Positions 46,184 through 61,100 of a DNA stretch of 64,000 nucleotides are shown in pieces. The notes beneath the pieces are model-generated. The model was not told the origin of the DNA and did no database searches. It was given only the letters and a program-made list of their open reading frames with translations. Each line of letters opens with the position of its first letter. Within the stretch, counting starts at the first letter, position 1. This DNA comes from Macrostomum lignano (taxonomy: Eukaryota), in NCBI GenBank assembly GCA_002269645.1, contig NIVC01001419.1, positions 1 to 64,000 of the forward strand. The letters are read 5' to 3'. The position numbers were made by a program, and so were the translations under genes.

Positions 46184-49100
46184 CAAGCCCTGGTTTCTCA
46201 CCAACTGATTTAGTGTAGCATTGCACTGACCTTGTGCAAATCTACAAGCTCTGGTTTCTCACCAACTGATTTAGTGTAGCATTGCACTGACCTTGTGCAA
46301 ATCTACAAGCTCTGGTTTCTCACCAACTGATTTAGTGTAGCATTGCACTGACCTTGTGCAAATCTACAAGCTCTGGTTTCTCACCAACTGATTTAGTGTA
46401 GCATTGCACTGACCTTGTGCAAATCTACAAGCCTGGTTTCTCACCAACTGATTTAGTGTAGCATTGCACTGACCTTGTGCAAATCTACAAGCTCTGGTTT
46501 CTCACCAACTGATTTAGTGTAGCATTGCACTGACCTTGTGCAAATCTACAAGCTCTGGTTTCTCACCAACTGATTTAGTGTAGCATTGCACTGACCTTGT
46601 GCAAATCTACAAGCTCTGGTTTCTCACCAACTGATTTAGTGTAGCATTGCACTGACCTTGTGCAAATCTACAAGCTCTGGTTTCTCACCAACTGATTTAG
46701 TGTAGCATTGCACTGACCTTGTGCAAATCTACAAGCTCTGGTTTCTCACCAACTGATTTAGTGTAGCATTGCACTGACCTTGTGCAAATCTACAAGCTCT
46801 GGTTTCTCACCAACTGATTTAGTGTAGCATTGCACTGACCTTGTGCAAATCTACAAGCTCTGGTTTCTCACCAACTGATTTAGTGTAGCATTGCACTGAC
46901 CTTGTGCAAATCTACAAGCTCTGGTTTCTCACCAACTGATTTAGTGTAGCATTGCACTGACCTTGTGCAAATCTACAAGCTCTGGTTTCTCACCAACTGA
47001 TTTAGTGTAGCATTGCACTGACCTTGTGCAAATCTACAAGCTCTGGTTTCTCACCAACTGATTTAGTGTAGCATTGCACTGACCTTGTGCAAATCTACAA
47101 GCTCTGGTTTCTCACCAACTGATTTAGTGTAGCATTGCACTGACCTTGTGCAAATCTACAAGCTCTGGTTTCTCACCAACTGATTTAGTGTAGCATTGCA
47201 CTGACCTTGTGCAAATCTACAAGCTCTGGTTTCTCACCAACTGATTTAGTGTAGCATTGCACTGACCTTGTGCAAATCTACAAGCTCTGGTTTCTCACCA
47301 ACTGATTTAGTGTAGCATTGCACTGACCTTGTGCAAATCTACAAGCTCTGGTTTCTCACCAACTGATTTAGTGTAGCATTGCACTGACCTTGTGCAAATC
47401 TACAAGCTCTGGTTTCTCACCAACTGATTTAGTGTAGCATTGCACTGACCTTGTGCAAATCTACAAGCTCTGGTTTCTCACCAACTGATTTAGTGTAGCA
47501 TTGCACTGACCTTGTGCAAATCTACAAGCTCTGGTTTCTCACCAACTGATTTAGTGTAGCATTGCACTGACCTTGTGCAAATCTACAAGCTCTGGTTTCT
47601 CACCAACTGATTTAGTGTAGCATTGCACTGACCTTGTGCAAATCTACAAGCTCTGGTTTCTCACCAACTGATTTAGTGTAGCATTGCACTGACCTTGTGC
47701 AAATCTACAAGCTCTGGTTTCTCACCAACTGATTTAGTGTAGCATTGCACTGACCTTGTGCAAATCTACAAGCTCTGGTTTCTCACCAACTGATTTAGTG
47801 TAGCATTGCACTGACCTTGTGCAAATCTACAAGCTCTGGTTTCTCACCAACTGATTTAGTGTAGCATTGCACTGACCTTGTGCAAATCTACAAGCTCTGG
47901 TTTCTCACCAACTGATTTAGTGTAGCATTGCACTGACCTTGTGCAAATCTACAAGCTCTGGTTTCTCACCAACTGATTTAGTGTAGCATTGCACTGACCT
48001 TGTGCAAATCTACAAGCTCTGGTTTCTCACCAACTGATTTAGTGTAGCATTGCACTGACCTTGTGCAAATCTACAAGCTCTGGTTTCTCACCAACTGATT
48101 TAGTGTAGCATTGCACTGACCTTGTGCAAATCTACAAGCTCTGGTTTCTCACCAACTGATTTAGTGTAGCATTGCACTGACCTTGTGCAAATCTACAAGC
48201 TCTGGTTTCTCACCAACTGATTTAGTGTAGCATTGCACTGACCTTGTGCAAATCTACAAGCTCTGGTTTCTCACCAACTGATTTAGTGTAGCATTGCACT
48301 GACCTTGTGCAAATCTACAAGCTCTGGTTTCTCACCAACTGATTTAGTGTAGCATTGCACTGACCTTGTGCAAATCTACAAGCTCTGGTTTCTCACCAAC
48401 TGATTTAGTGTAGCATTGCACTGACCTTGTGCAAATCTACAAGCTCTGGTTTCTCACCAACTGATTTAGTGTAGCATTGCACTGACCTTGTGCAAATCTA
48501 CAAGCTCTGGTTTCTCACCAACTGATTTAGTGTAGCATTGCACTGACCTTGTGCAAATCTACAAGCTCTGGTTTCTCACCAACTGATTTAGTGTAGCATT
48601 GCACTGACCTTGTGCAAATCTACAAGCTCTGGTTTCTCACCAACTGATTTAGTGTAGCATTGCACTGACCTTGTGCAAATCTACAAGCTCTGGTTTCTCA
48701 CCAACTGATTTAGTGTAGCATTGCACTGACCTTGTGCAAATCTACAAGCTCTGGTTTCTCACCAACTGATTTAGTGTAGCATTGCACTGACCTTGTGCAA
48801 ATCTACAAGCTCTGGTTTCTCACCAACTGATTTAGTGTAGCATTGCACTGACCTTGTGCAAATCTACAAGCTCTGGTTTCTCACCAACTGATTTAGTGTA
48901 GCATTGCACTGACCTTGTGCAAATCTACAAGCTCTGGTTTCTCACCAACTGATTTAGTGTAGCATTGCACTGACCTTGTGCAAATCTACAAGCTCTGGTT
49001 TCTCACCAACTGATTTAGTGTAGCATTGCACTGACCTTGTGCAAATCTACAAGCTCTGGTTTCTCACCAACTGATTTAGTGTAGCATTGCACTGACCTTG

Positions 49101-52100
49101 TGCAAATCTACAAGCTCTGGTTTCTCACCAACTGATTTAGTGTAGCATTGCACTGACCTTGTGCAAATCTACAAGCTCTGGTTTCTCACCAACTGATTTA
49201 GTGTAGCATTGCACTGACCTTGTGCAAATCTACAAGCTCTGGTTTCTCACCAACTGATTTAGTGTAGCATTGCACTGACCTTGTGCAAATCTACAAGCTC
49301 TGGTTTCTCACCAACTGATTTAGTGTAGCATTGCACTGACCTTGTGCAAATCTACAAGCTCTGGTTTCTCACCAACTGATTTAGTGTAGCATTGCACTGA
49401 CCTTGTGCAAATCTACAAGCTCTGGTTTCTCACCAACTGATTTAGTGTAGCATTGCACTGACCTTGTGCAAATCTACAAGCTCTGGTTTCTCACCAACTG
49501 ATTTAGTGTAGCATTGCACTGACCTTGTGCAAATCTACAAGCTCTGGTTTCTCACCAACTGATTTAGTGTAGCATTGCACTGACCTTGTGCAAATCTACA
49601 AGCTCTGGTTTCTCACCAACTGATTTAGTGTAGCATTGCACTGACCTTGTGCAAATCTACAAGCTCTGGTTTCTCACCAACTGATTTAGTGTAGCATTGC
49701 ACTGACCTTGTGCAAATCTACAAGCTCTGGTTTCTCACCAACTGATTTAGTGTAGCATTGCACTGACCTTGTGCAAATCTACAAGCTCTGGTTTCTCACC
49801 AACTGATTTAGTGTAGCATTGCACTGACCTTGTGCAAATCTACAAGCTCTGGTTTCTCACCAACTGATTTAGTGTAGCATTGCACTGACCTTGTGCAAAT
49901 CTACAAGCTCTGGTTTCTCACCAACTGATTTAGTGTAGCATTGCACTGACCTTGTGCAAATCTACAAGCTCTGGTTTCTCACCAACTGATTTAGTGTAGC
50001 ATTGCACTGACCTTGTGCAAATCTACAAGCTCTGGTTTCTCACCAACTGATTTAGTGTAGCATTGCACTGACCTTGTGCAAATCTACAAGCTCTGGTTTC
50101 TCACCAACTGATTTAGTGTAGCATTGCACTGACCTTGTGCAAATCTACAAGCTCTGGTTTCTCACCAACTGATTTAGTGTAGCATTGCACTGACCTTGTG
50201 CAAATCTACAAGCTCTGGTTTCTCACCAACTGATTTAGTGTAGCATTGCACTGACCTTGTGCAAATCTACAAGCTCTGGTTTCTCACCAACTGATTTAGT
50301 GTAGCATTGCACTGACCTTGTGCAAATCTACAAGCTCTGGTTTCTCACCAACTGATTTAGTGTAGCATTGCACTGACCTTGTGCAAATCTACAAGCTCTG
50401 GTTTCTCACCAACTGATTTAGTGTAGCATTGCACTGACCTTGTGCAAATCTACAAGCTCTGGTTTCTCACCAACTGATTTAGTGTAGCATTGCACTGACC
50501 TTGTGCAAATCTACAAGCTCTGGTTTCTCACCAACTGATTTAGTGTAGCATTGCACTGACCTTGTGCAAATCTACAAGCTCTGGTTTCTCACCAACTGAT
50601 TTAGTGTAGCATTGCACTGACCTTGTGCAAATCTACAAGCTCTGGTTTCTCACCAACTGATTTAGTGTAGCATTGCACTGACCTTGTGCAAATCTACAAG
50701 CTCTGGTTTCTCACCAACTGATTTAGTGTAGCATTGCACTGACCTTGTGCAAATCTACAAGCTCTGGTTTCTCACCAACTGATTTAGTGTAGCATTGCAC
50801 TGACCTTGTGCAAATCTACAAGCTCTGGTTTCTCACCAACTGATTTAGTGTAGCATTGCACTGACCTTGTGCAAATCTACAAGCTCTGGTTTCTCACCAA
50901 CTGATTTAGTGTAGCATTGCACTGACCTTGTGCAAATCTACAAGCTCTGGTTTCTCACCAACTGATTTAGTGTAGCATTGCACTGACCTTGTGCAAATCT
51001 ACAAGCTCTGGTTTCTCACCAACTGATTTAGTGTAGCATTGCACTGACCTTGTGCAAATCTACAAGCTCTGGTTTCTCACCAACTGATTTAGTGTAGCAT
51101 TGCACTGACCTTGTGCAAATCTACAAGCTCTGGTTTCTCACCAACTGATTTAGTGTAGCATTGCACTGACCTTGTGCAAATCTACAAGCTCTGGTTTCTC
51201 ACCAACTGATTTAGTGTAGCATTGCACTGACCTTGTGCAAATCTACAAGCTCTGGTTTCTCACCAACTGATTTAGTGTAGCATTGCACTGACCTTGTGCA
51301 AATCTACAAGCTCTGGTTTCTCACCAACTGATTTAGTGTAGCATTGCACTGACCTTGTGCAAATCTACAAGCTCTGGTTTCTCACCAACTGATTTAGTGT
51401 AGCATTGCACTGACCTTGTGCAAATCTACAAGCTCTGGTTTCTCACCAACTGATTTAGTGTAGCATTGCACTGACCTTGTGCAAATCTACAAGCTCTGGT
51501 TTCTCACCAACTGATTTAGTGTAGCATTGCACTGACCTTGTGCAAATCTACAAGCTCTGGTTTCTCACCAACTGATTTAGTGTAGCATTGCACTGACCTT
51601 GTGCAAATCTACAAGCTCTGGTTTCTCACCAACTGATTTAGTGTAGCATTGCACTGACCTTGTGCAAATCTACAAGCTCTGGTTTCTCACCAACTGATTT
51701 AGTGTAGCATTGCACTGACCTTGTGCAAATCTACAAGCTCTGGTTTCTCACCAACTGATTTAGTGTAGCATTGCACTGACCTTGTGCAAATCTACAAGCT
51801 CTGGTTTCTCACCAACTGATTTAGTGTAGCATTGCACTGACCTTGTGCAAATCTACAAGCTCTGGTTTCTCACCAACTGATTTAGTGTAGCATTGCACTG
51901 ACCTTGTGCAAATCTACAAGCTCTGGTTTCTCACCAACTGATTTAGTGTAGCATTGCACTGACCTTGTGCAAATCTACAAGCTCTGGTTTCTCACCAACT
52001 GATTTAGTGTAGCATTGCACTGACCTTGTGCAAATCTACAAGCTCTGGTTTCTCACCAACTGATTTAGTGTAGCATTGCACTGACCTTGTGCAAATCTAC

Positions 52101-55100
52101 AAGCTCTGGTTTCTCACCAACTGATTTAGTGTAGCATTGCACTGACCTTGTGCAAATCTACAAGCTCTGGTTTCTCACCAACTGATTTAGTGTAGCATTG
52201 CACTGACCTTGTGCAAATCTACAAGCTCTGGTTTCTCACCAACTGATTTAGTGTAGCATTGCACTGACCTTGTGCAAATCTACAAGCTCTGGTTTCTCAC
52301 CAACTGATTTAGTGTAGCATTGCACTGACCTTGTGCAAATCTACAAGCTCTGGTTTCTCACCAACTGATTTAGTGTAGCATTGCACTGACCTTGTGCAAA
52401 TCTACAAGCTCTGGTTTCTCACCAACTGATTTAGTGTAGCATTGCACTGACCTTGTGCAAATCTACAAGCTCTGGTTTCTCACCAACTGATTTAGTGTAG
52501 CATTGCACTGACCTTGTGCAAATCTACAAGCTCTGGTTTCTCACCAACTGATTTAGTGTAGCATTGCACTGACCTTGTGCAAATCTACAAGCTCTGGTTT
52601 CTCACCAACTGATTTAGTGTAGCATTGCACTGACCTTGTGCAAATCTACAAGCTCTGGTTTCTCACCAACTGATTTAGTGTAGCATTGCACTGACCTTGT
52701 GCAAATCTACAAGCTCTGGTTTCTCACCAACTGATTTAGTGTAGCATTGCACTGACCTTGTGCAAATCTACAAGCTCTGGTTTCTCACCAACTGATTTAG
52801 TGTAGCATTGCACTGACCTTGTGCAAATCTACAAGCTCTGGTTTCTCACCAACTGATTTAGTGTAGCATTGCACTGACCTTGTGCAAATCTACAAGCTCT
52901 GGTTTCTCACCAACTGATTTAGTGTAGCATTGCACTGACCTTGTGCAAATCTACAAGCTCTGGTTTCTCACCAACTGATTTAGTGTAGCATTGCACTGAC
53001 CTTGTGCAAATCTACAAGCTCTGGTTTCTCACCAACTGATTTAGTGTAGCATTGCACTGACCTTGTGCAAATCTACAAGCTCTGGTTTCTCACCAACTGA
53101 TTTAGTGTAGCATTGCACTGACCTTGTGCAAATCTACAAGCTCTGGTTTCTCACCAACTGATTTAGTGTAGCATTGCACTGACCTTGTGCAAATCTACAA
53201 GCTCTGGTTTCTCACCAACTGATTTAGTGTAGCATTGCACTGACCTTGTGCAAATCTACAAGCTCTGGTTTCTCACCAACTGATTTAGTGTAGCATTGCA
53301 CTGACCTTGTGCAAATCTACAAGCTCTGGTTTCTCACCAACTGATTTAGTGTAGCATTGCACTGACCTTGTGCAAATCTACAAGCTCTGGTTTCTCACCA
53401 ACTGATTTAGTGTAGCATTGCACTGACCTTGTGCAAATCTACAAGCTCTGGTTTCTCACCAACTGATTTAGTGTAGCATTGCACTGACCTTGTGCAAATC
53501 TACAAGCTCTGGTTTCTCACCAACTGATTTAGTGTAGCATTGCACTGACCTTGTGCAAATCTACAAGCTCTGGTTTCTCACCAACTGATTTAGTGTAGCA
53601 TTGCACTGACCTTGTGCAAATCTACAAGCTCTGGTTTCTCACCAACTGATTTAGTGTAGCATTGCACTGACCTTGTGCAAATCTACAAGCTCTGGTTTCT
53701 CACCAACTGATTTAGTGTAGCATTGCACTGACCTTGTGCAAATCTACAAGCTCTGGTTTCTCACCAACTGATTTAGTGTAGCATTGCACTGACCTTGTGC
53801 AAATCTACAAGCTCTGGTTTCTCACCAACTGATTTAGTGTAGCATTGCACTGACCTTGTGCAAATCTACAAGCTCTGGTTTCTCACCAACTGATTTAGTG
53901 TAGCATTGCACTGACCTTGTGCAAATCTACAAGCTCTGGTTTCTCACCAACTGATTTAGTGTAGCATTGCACTGACCTTGTGCAAATCTACAAGCTCTGG
54001 TTTCTCACCAACTGATTTAGTGTAGCATTGCACTGACCTTGTGCAAATCTACAAGCTCTGGTTTCTCACCAACTGATTTAGTGTAGCATTGCACTGACCT
54101 TGTGCAAATCTACAAGCTCTGGTTTCTCACCAACTGATTTAGTGTAGCATTGCACTGACCTTGTGCAAATCTACAAGCTCTGGTTTCTCACCAACTGATT
54201 TAGTGTAGCATTGCACTGACCTTGTGCAAATCTACAAGCTCTGGTTTCTCACCAACTGATTTAGTGTAGCATTGCACTGACCTTGTGCAAATCTACAAGC
54301 TCTGGTTTCTCACCAACTGATTTAGTGTAGCATTGCACTGACCTTGTGCAAATCTACAAGCTCTGGTTTCTCACCAACTGATTTAGTGTAGCATTGCACT
54401 GACCTTGTGCAAATCTACAAGCTCTGGTTTCTCACCAACTGATTTAGTGTAGCATTGCACTGACCTTGTGCAAATCTACAAGCTCTGGTTTCTCACCAAC
54501 TGATTTAGTGTAGCATTGCACTGACCTTGTGCAAATCTACAAGCTCTGGTTTCTCACCAACTGATTTAGTGTAGCATTGCACTGACCTTGTGCAAATCTA
54601 CAAGCTCTGGTTTCTCACCAACTGATTTAGTGTAGCATTGCACTGACCTTGTGCAAATCTACAAGCTCTGGTTTCTCACCAACTGATTTAGTGTAGCATT
54701 GCACTGACCTTGTGCAAATCTACAAGCTCTGGTTTCTCACCAACTGATTTAGTGTAGCATTGCACTGACCTTGTGCAAATCTACAAGCTCTGGTTTCTCA
54801 CCAACTGATTTAGTGTAGCATTGCACTGACCTTGTGCAAATCTACAAGCTCTGGTTTCTCACCAACTGATTTAGTGTAGCATTGCACTGACCTTGTGCAA
54901 ATCTACAAGCTCTGGTTTCTCACCAACTGATTTAGTGTAGCATTGCACTGACCTTGTGCAAATCTACAAGCTCTGGTTTCTCACCAACTGATTTAGTGTA
55001 GCATTGCACTGACCTTGTGCAAATCTACAAGCTCTGGTTTCTCACCAACTGATTTAGTGTAGCATTGCACTGACCTTGTGCAAATCTACAAGCTCTGGTT

Positions 55101-58100
55101 TCTCACCAACTGATTTAGTGTAGCATTGCACTGACCTTGTGCAAATCTACAAGCTCTGGTTTCTCACCAACTGATTTAGTGTAGCATTGCACTGACCTTG
55201 TGCAAATCTACAAGCTCTGGTTTCTCACCAACTGATTTAGTGTAGCATTGCACTGACCTTGTGCAAATCTACAAGCTCTGGTTTCTCACCAACTGATTTA
55301 GTGTAGCATTGCACTGACCTTGTGCAAATCTACAAGCTCTGGTTTCTCACCAACTGATTTAGTGTAGCATTGCACTGACCTTGTGCAAATCTACAAGCTC
55401 TGGTTTCTCACCAACTGATTTAGTGTAGCATTGCACTGACCTTGTGCAAATCTACAAGCTCTGGTTTCTCACCAACTGATTTAGTGTAGCATTGCACTGA
55501 CCTTGTGCAAATCTACAAGCTCTGGTTTCTCACCAACTGATTTAGTGTAGCATTGCACTGACCTTGTGCAAATCTACAAGCTCTGGTTTCTCACCAACTG
55601 ATTTAGTGTAGCATTGCACTGACCTTGTGCAAATCTACAAGCTCTGGTTTCTCACCAACTGATTTAGTGTAGCATTGCACTGACCTTGTGCAAATCTACA
55701 AGCTCTGGTTTCTCACCAACTGATTTAGTGTAGCATTGCACTGACCTTGTGCAAATCTACAAGCTCTGGTTTCTCACCAACTGATTTAGTGTAGCATTGC
55801 ACTGACCTTGTGCAAATCTACAAGCTCTGGTTTCTCACCAACTGATTTAGTGTAGCATTGCACTGACCTTGTGCAAATCTACAAGCTCTGGTTTCTCACC
55901 AACTGATTTAGTGTAGCATTGCACTGACCTTGTGCAAATCTACAAGCTCTGGTTTCTCACCAACTGATTTAGTGTAGCATTGCACTGACCTTGTGCAAAT
56001 CTACAAGCTCTGGTTTCTCACCAACTGATTTAGTGTAGCATTGCACTGACCTTGTGCAAATCTACAAGCTCTGGTTTCTCACCAACTGATTTAGTGTAGC
56101 ATTGCACTGACCTTGTGCAAATCTACAAGCTCTGGTTTCTCACCAACTGATTTAGTGTAGCATTGCACTGACCTTGTGCAAATCTACAAGCTCTGGTTTC
56201 TCACCAACTGATTTAGTGTAGCATTGCACTGACCTTGTGCAAATCTACAAGCTCTGGTTTCTCACCAACTGATTTAGTGTAGCATTGCACTGACCTTGTG
56301 CAAATCTACAAGCTCTGGTTTCTCACCAACTGATTTAGTGTAGCATTGCACTGACCTTGTGCAAATCTACAAGCTCTGGTTTCTCACCAACTGATTTAGT
56401 GTAGCATTGCACTGACCTTGTGCAAATCTACAAGCTCTGGTTTCTCACCAACTGATTTAGTGTAGCATTGCACTGACCTTGTGCAAATCTACAAGCTCTG
56501 GTTTCTCACCAACTGATTTAGTGTAGCATTGCACTGACCTTGTGCAAATCTACAAGCTCTGGTTTCTCACCAACTGATTTAGTGTAGCATTGCACTGACC
56601 TTGTGCAAATCTACAAGCTCTGGTTTCTCACCAACTGATTTAGTGTAGCATTGCACTGACCTTGTGCAAATCTACAAGCTCTGGTTTCTCACCAACTGAT
56701 TTAGTGTAGCATTGCACTGACCTTGTGCAAATCTACAAGCTCTGGTTTCTCACCAACTGATTTAGTGTAGCATTGCACTGACCTTGTGCAAATCTACAAG
56801 CTCTGGTTTCTCACCAACTGATTTAGTGTAGCATTGCACTGACCTTGTGCAAATCTACAAGCTCTGGTTTCTCACCAACTGATTTAGTGTAGCATTGCAC
56901 TGACCTTGTGCAAATCTACAAGCTCTGGTTTCTCACCAACTGATTTAGTGTAGCATTGCACTGACCTTGTGCAAATCTACAAGCTCTGGTTTCTCACCAA
57001 CTGATTTAGTGTAGCATTGCACTGACCTTGTGCAAATCTACAAGCTCTGGTTTCTCACCAACTGATTTAGTGTAGCATTGCACTGACCTTGTGCAAATCT
57101 ACAAGCTCTGGTTTCTCACCAACTGATTTAGTGTAGCATTGCACTGACCTTGTGCAAATCTACAAGCTCTGGTTTCTCACCAACTGATTTAGTGTAGCAT
57201 TGCACTGACCTTGTGCAAATCTACAAGCTCTGGTTTCTCACCAACTGATTTAGTGTAGCATTGCACTGACCTTGTGCAAATCTACAAGCTCTGGTTTCTC
57301 ACCAACTGATTTAGTGTAGCATTGCACTGACCTTGTGCAAATCTACAAGCTCTGGTTTCTCACCAACTGATTTAGTGTAGCATTGCACTGACCTTGTGCA
57401 AATCTACAAGCTCTGGTTTCTCACCAACTGATTTAGTGTAGCATTGCACTGACCTTGTGCAAATCTACAAGCTCTGGTTTCTCACCAACTGATTTAGTGT
57501 AGCATTGCACTGACCTTGTGCAAATCTACAAGCTCTGGTTTCTCACCAACTGATTTAGTGTAGCATTGCACTGACCTTGTGCAAATCTACAAGCTCTGGT
57601 TTCTCACCAACTGATTTAGTGTAGCATTGCACTGACCTTGTGCAAATCTACAAGCTCTGGTTTCTCACCAACTGATTTAGTGTAGCATTGCACTGACCTT
57701 GTGCAAATCTACAAGCTCTGGTTTCTCACCAACTGATTTAGTGTAGCATTGCACTGACCTTGTGCAAATCTACAAGCTCTGGTTTCTCACCAACTGATTT
57801 AGTGTAGCATTGCACTGACCTTGTGCAAATCTACAAGCTCTGGTTTCTCACCAACTGATTTAGTGTAGCATTGCACTGACCTTGTGCAAATCTACAAGCT
57901 CTGGTTTCTCACCAACTGATTTAGTGTAGCATTGCACTGACCTTGTGCAAATCTACAAGCTCTGGTTTCTCACCAACTGATTTAGTGTAGCATTGCACTG
58001 ACCTTGTGCAAATCTACAAGCTCTGGTTTCTCACCAACTGATTTAGTGTAGCATTGCACTGACCTTGTGCAAATCTACAAGCTCTGGTTTCTCACCAACT

Positions 58101-61100
58101 GATTTAGTGTAGCATTGCACTGACCTTGTGCAAATCTACAAGCTCTGGTTTCTCACCAACTGATTTAGTGTAGCATTGCACTGACCTTGTGCAAATCTAC
58201 AAGCTCTGGTTTCTCACCAACTGATTTAGTGTAGCATTGCACTGACCTTGTGCAAATCTACAAGCTCTGGTTTCTCACCAACTGATTTAGTGTAGCATTG
58301 CACTGACCTTGTGCAAATCTACAAGCTCTGGTTTCTCACCAACTGATTTAGTGTAGCATTGCACTGACCTTGTGCAAATCTACAAGCTCTGGTTTCTCAC
58401 CAACTGATTTAGTGTAGCATTGCACTGACCTTGTGCAAATCTACAAGCTCTGGTTTCTCACCAACTGATTTAGTGTAGCATTGCACTGACCTTGTGCAAA
58501 TCTACAAGCTCTGGTTTCTCACCAACTGATTTAGTGTAGCATTGCACTGACCTTGTGCAAATCTACAAGCTCTGGTTTCTCACCAACTGATTTAGTGTAG
58601 CATTGCACTGACCTTGTGCAAATCTACAAGCTCTGGTTTCTCACCAACTGATTTAGTGTAGCATTGCACTGACCTTGTGCAAATCTACAAGCTCTGGTTT
58701 CTCACCAACTGATTTAGTGTAGCATTGCACTGACCTTGTGCAAATCTACAAGCTCTGGTTTCTCACCAACTGATTTAGTGTAGCATTGCACTGACCTTGT
58801 GCAAATCTACAAGCTCTGGTTTCTCACCAACTGATTTAGTGTAGCATTGCACTGACCTTGTGCAAATCTACAAGCTCTGGTTTCTCACCAACTGATTTAG
58901 TGTAGCATTGCACTGACCTTGTGCAAATCTACAAGCTCTGGTTTCTCACCAACTGATTTAGTGTAGCATTGCACTGACCTTGTGCAAATCTACAAGCTCT
59001 GGTTTCTCACCAACTGATTTAGTGTAGCATTGCACTGACCTTGTGCAAATCTACAAGCTCTGGTTTCTCACCAACTGATTTAGTGTAGCATTGCACTGAC
59101 CTTGTGCAAATCTACAAGCTCTGGTTTCTCACCAACTGATTTAGTGTAGCATTGCACTGACCTTGTGCAAATCTACAAGCTCTGGTTTCTCACCAACTGA
59201 TTTAGTGTAGCATTGCACTGACCTTGTGCAAATCTACAAGCTCTGGTTTCTCACCAACTGATTTAGTGTAGCATTGCACTGACCTTGTGCAAATCTACAA
59301 GCTCTGGTTTCTCACCAACTGATTTAGTGTAGCATTGCACTGACCTTGTGCAAATCTACAAGCTCTGGTTTCTCACCAACTGATTTAGTGTAGCATTGCA
59401 CTGACCTTGTGCAAATCTACAAGCTCTGGTTTCTCACCAACTGATTTAGTGTAGCATTGCACTGACCTTGTGCAAATCTACAAGCTCTGGTTTCTCACCA
59501 ACTGATTTAGTGTAGCATTGCACTGACCTTGTGCAAATCTACAAGCTCTGGTTTCTCACCAACTGATTTAGTGTAGCATTGCACTGACCTTGTGCAAATC
59601 TACAAGCTCTGGTTTCTCACCAACTGATTTAGTGTAGCATTGCACTGACCTTGTGCAAATCTACAAGCTCTGGTTTCTCACCAACTGATTTAGTGTAGCA
59701 TTGCACTGACCTTGTGCAAATCTACAAGCTCTGGTTTCTCACCAACTGATTTAGTGTAGCATTGCACTGACCTTGTGCAAATCTACAAGCTCTGGTTTCT
59801 CACCAACTGATTTAGTGTAGCATTGCACTGACCTTGTGCAAATCTACAAGCTCTGGTTTCTCACCAACTGATTTAGTGTAGCATTGCACTGACCTTGTGC
59901 AAATCTACAAGCTCTGGTTTCTCACCAACTGATTTAGTGTAGCATTGCACTGACCTTGTGCAAATCTACAAGCTCTGGTTTCTCACCAACTGATTTAGTG
60001 TAGCATTGCACTGACCTTGTGCAAATCTACAAGCTCTGGTTTCTCACCAACTGATTTAGTGTAGCATTGCACTGACCTTGTGCAAATCTACAAGCTCTGG
60101 TTTCTCACCAACTGATTTAGTGTAGCATTGCACTGACCTTGTGCAAATCTACAAGCTCTGGTTTCTCACCAACTGATTTAGTGTAGCATTGCACTGACCT
60201 TGTGCAAATCTACAAGCTCTGGTTTCTCACCAACTGATTTAGTGTAGCATTGCACTGACCTTGTGCAAATCTACAAGCTCTGGTTTCTCACCAACTGATT
60301 TAGTGTAGCATTGCACTGACCTTGTGCAAATCTACAAGCTCTGGTTTCTCACCAACTGATTTAGTGTAGCATTGCACTGACCTTGTGCAAATCTACAAGC
60401 TCTGGTTTCTCACCAACTGATTTAGTGTAGCATTGCACTGACCTTGTGCAAATCTACAAGCTCTGGTTTCTCACCAACTGATTTAGTGTAGCATTGCACT
60501 GACCTTGTGCAAATCTACAAGCTCTGGTTTCTCACCAACTGATTTAGTGTAGCATTGCACTGACCTTGTGCAAATCTACAAGCTCTGGTTTCTCACCAAC
60601 TGATTTAGTGTAGCATTGCACTGACCTTGTGCAAATCTACAAGCTCTGGTTTCTCACCAACTGATTTAGTGTAGCATTGCACTGACCTTGTGCAAATCTA
60701 CAAGCTCTGGTTTCTCACCAACTGATTTAGTGTAGCATTGCACTGACCTTGTGCAAATCTACAAGCTCTGGTTTCTCACCAACTGATTTAGTGTAGCATT
60801 GCACTGACCTTGTGCAAATCTACAAGCTCTGGTTTCTCACCAACTGATTTAGTGTAGCATTGCACTGACCTTGTGCAAATCTACAAGCTCTGGTTTCTCA
60901 CCAACTGATTTAGTGTAGCATTGCACTGACCTTGTGCAAATCTACAAGCTCTGGTTTCTCACCAACTGATTTAGTGTAGCATTGCACTGACCTTGTGCAA
61001 ATCTACAAGCTCTGGTTTCTCACCAACTGATTTAGTGTAGCATTGCACTGACCTTGTGCAAATCTACAAGCTCTGGTTTCTCACCAACTGATTTAGTGTA

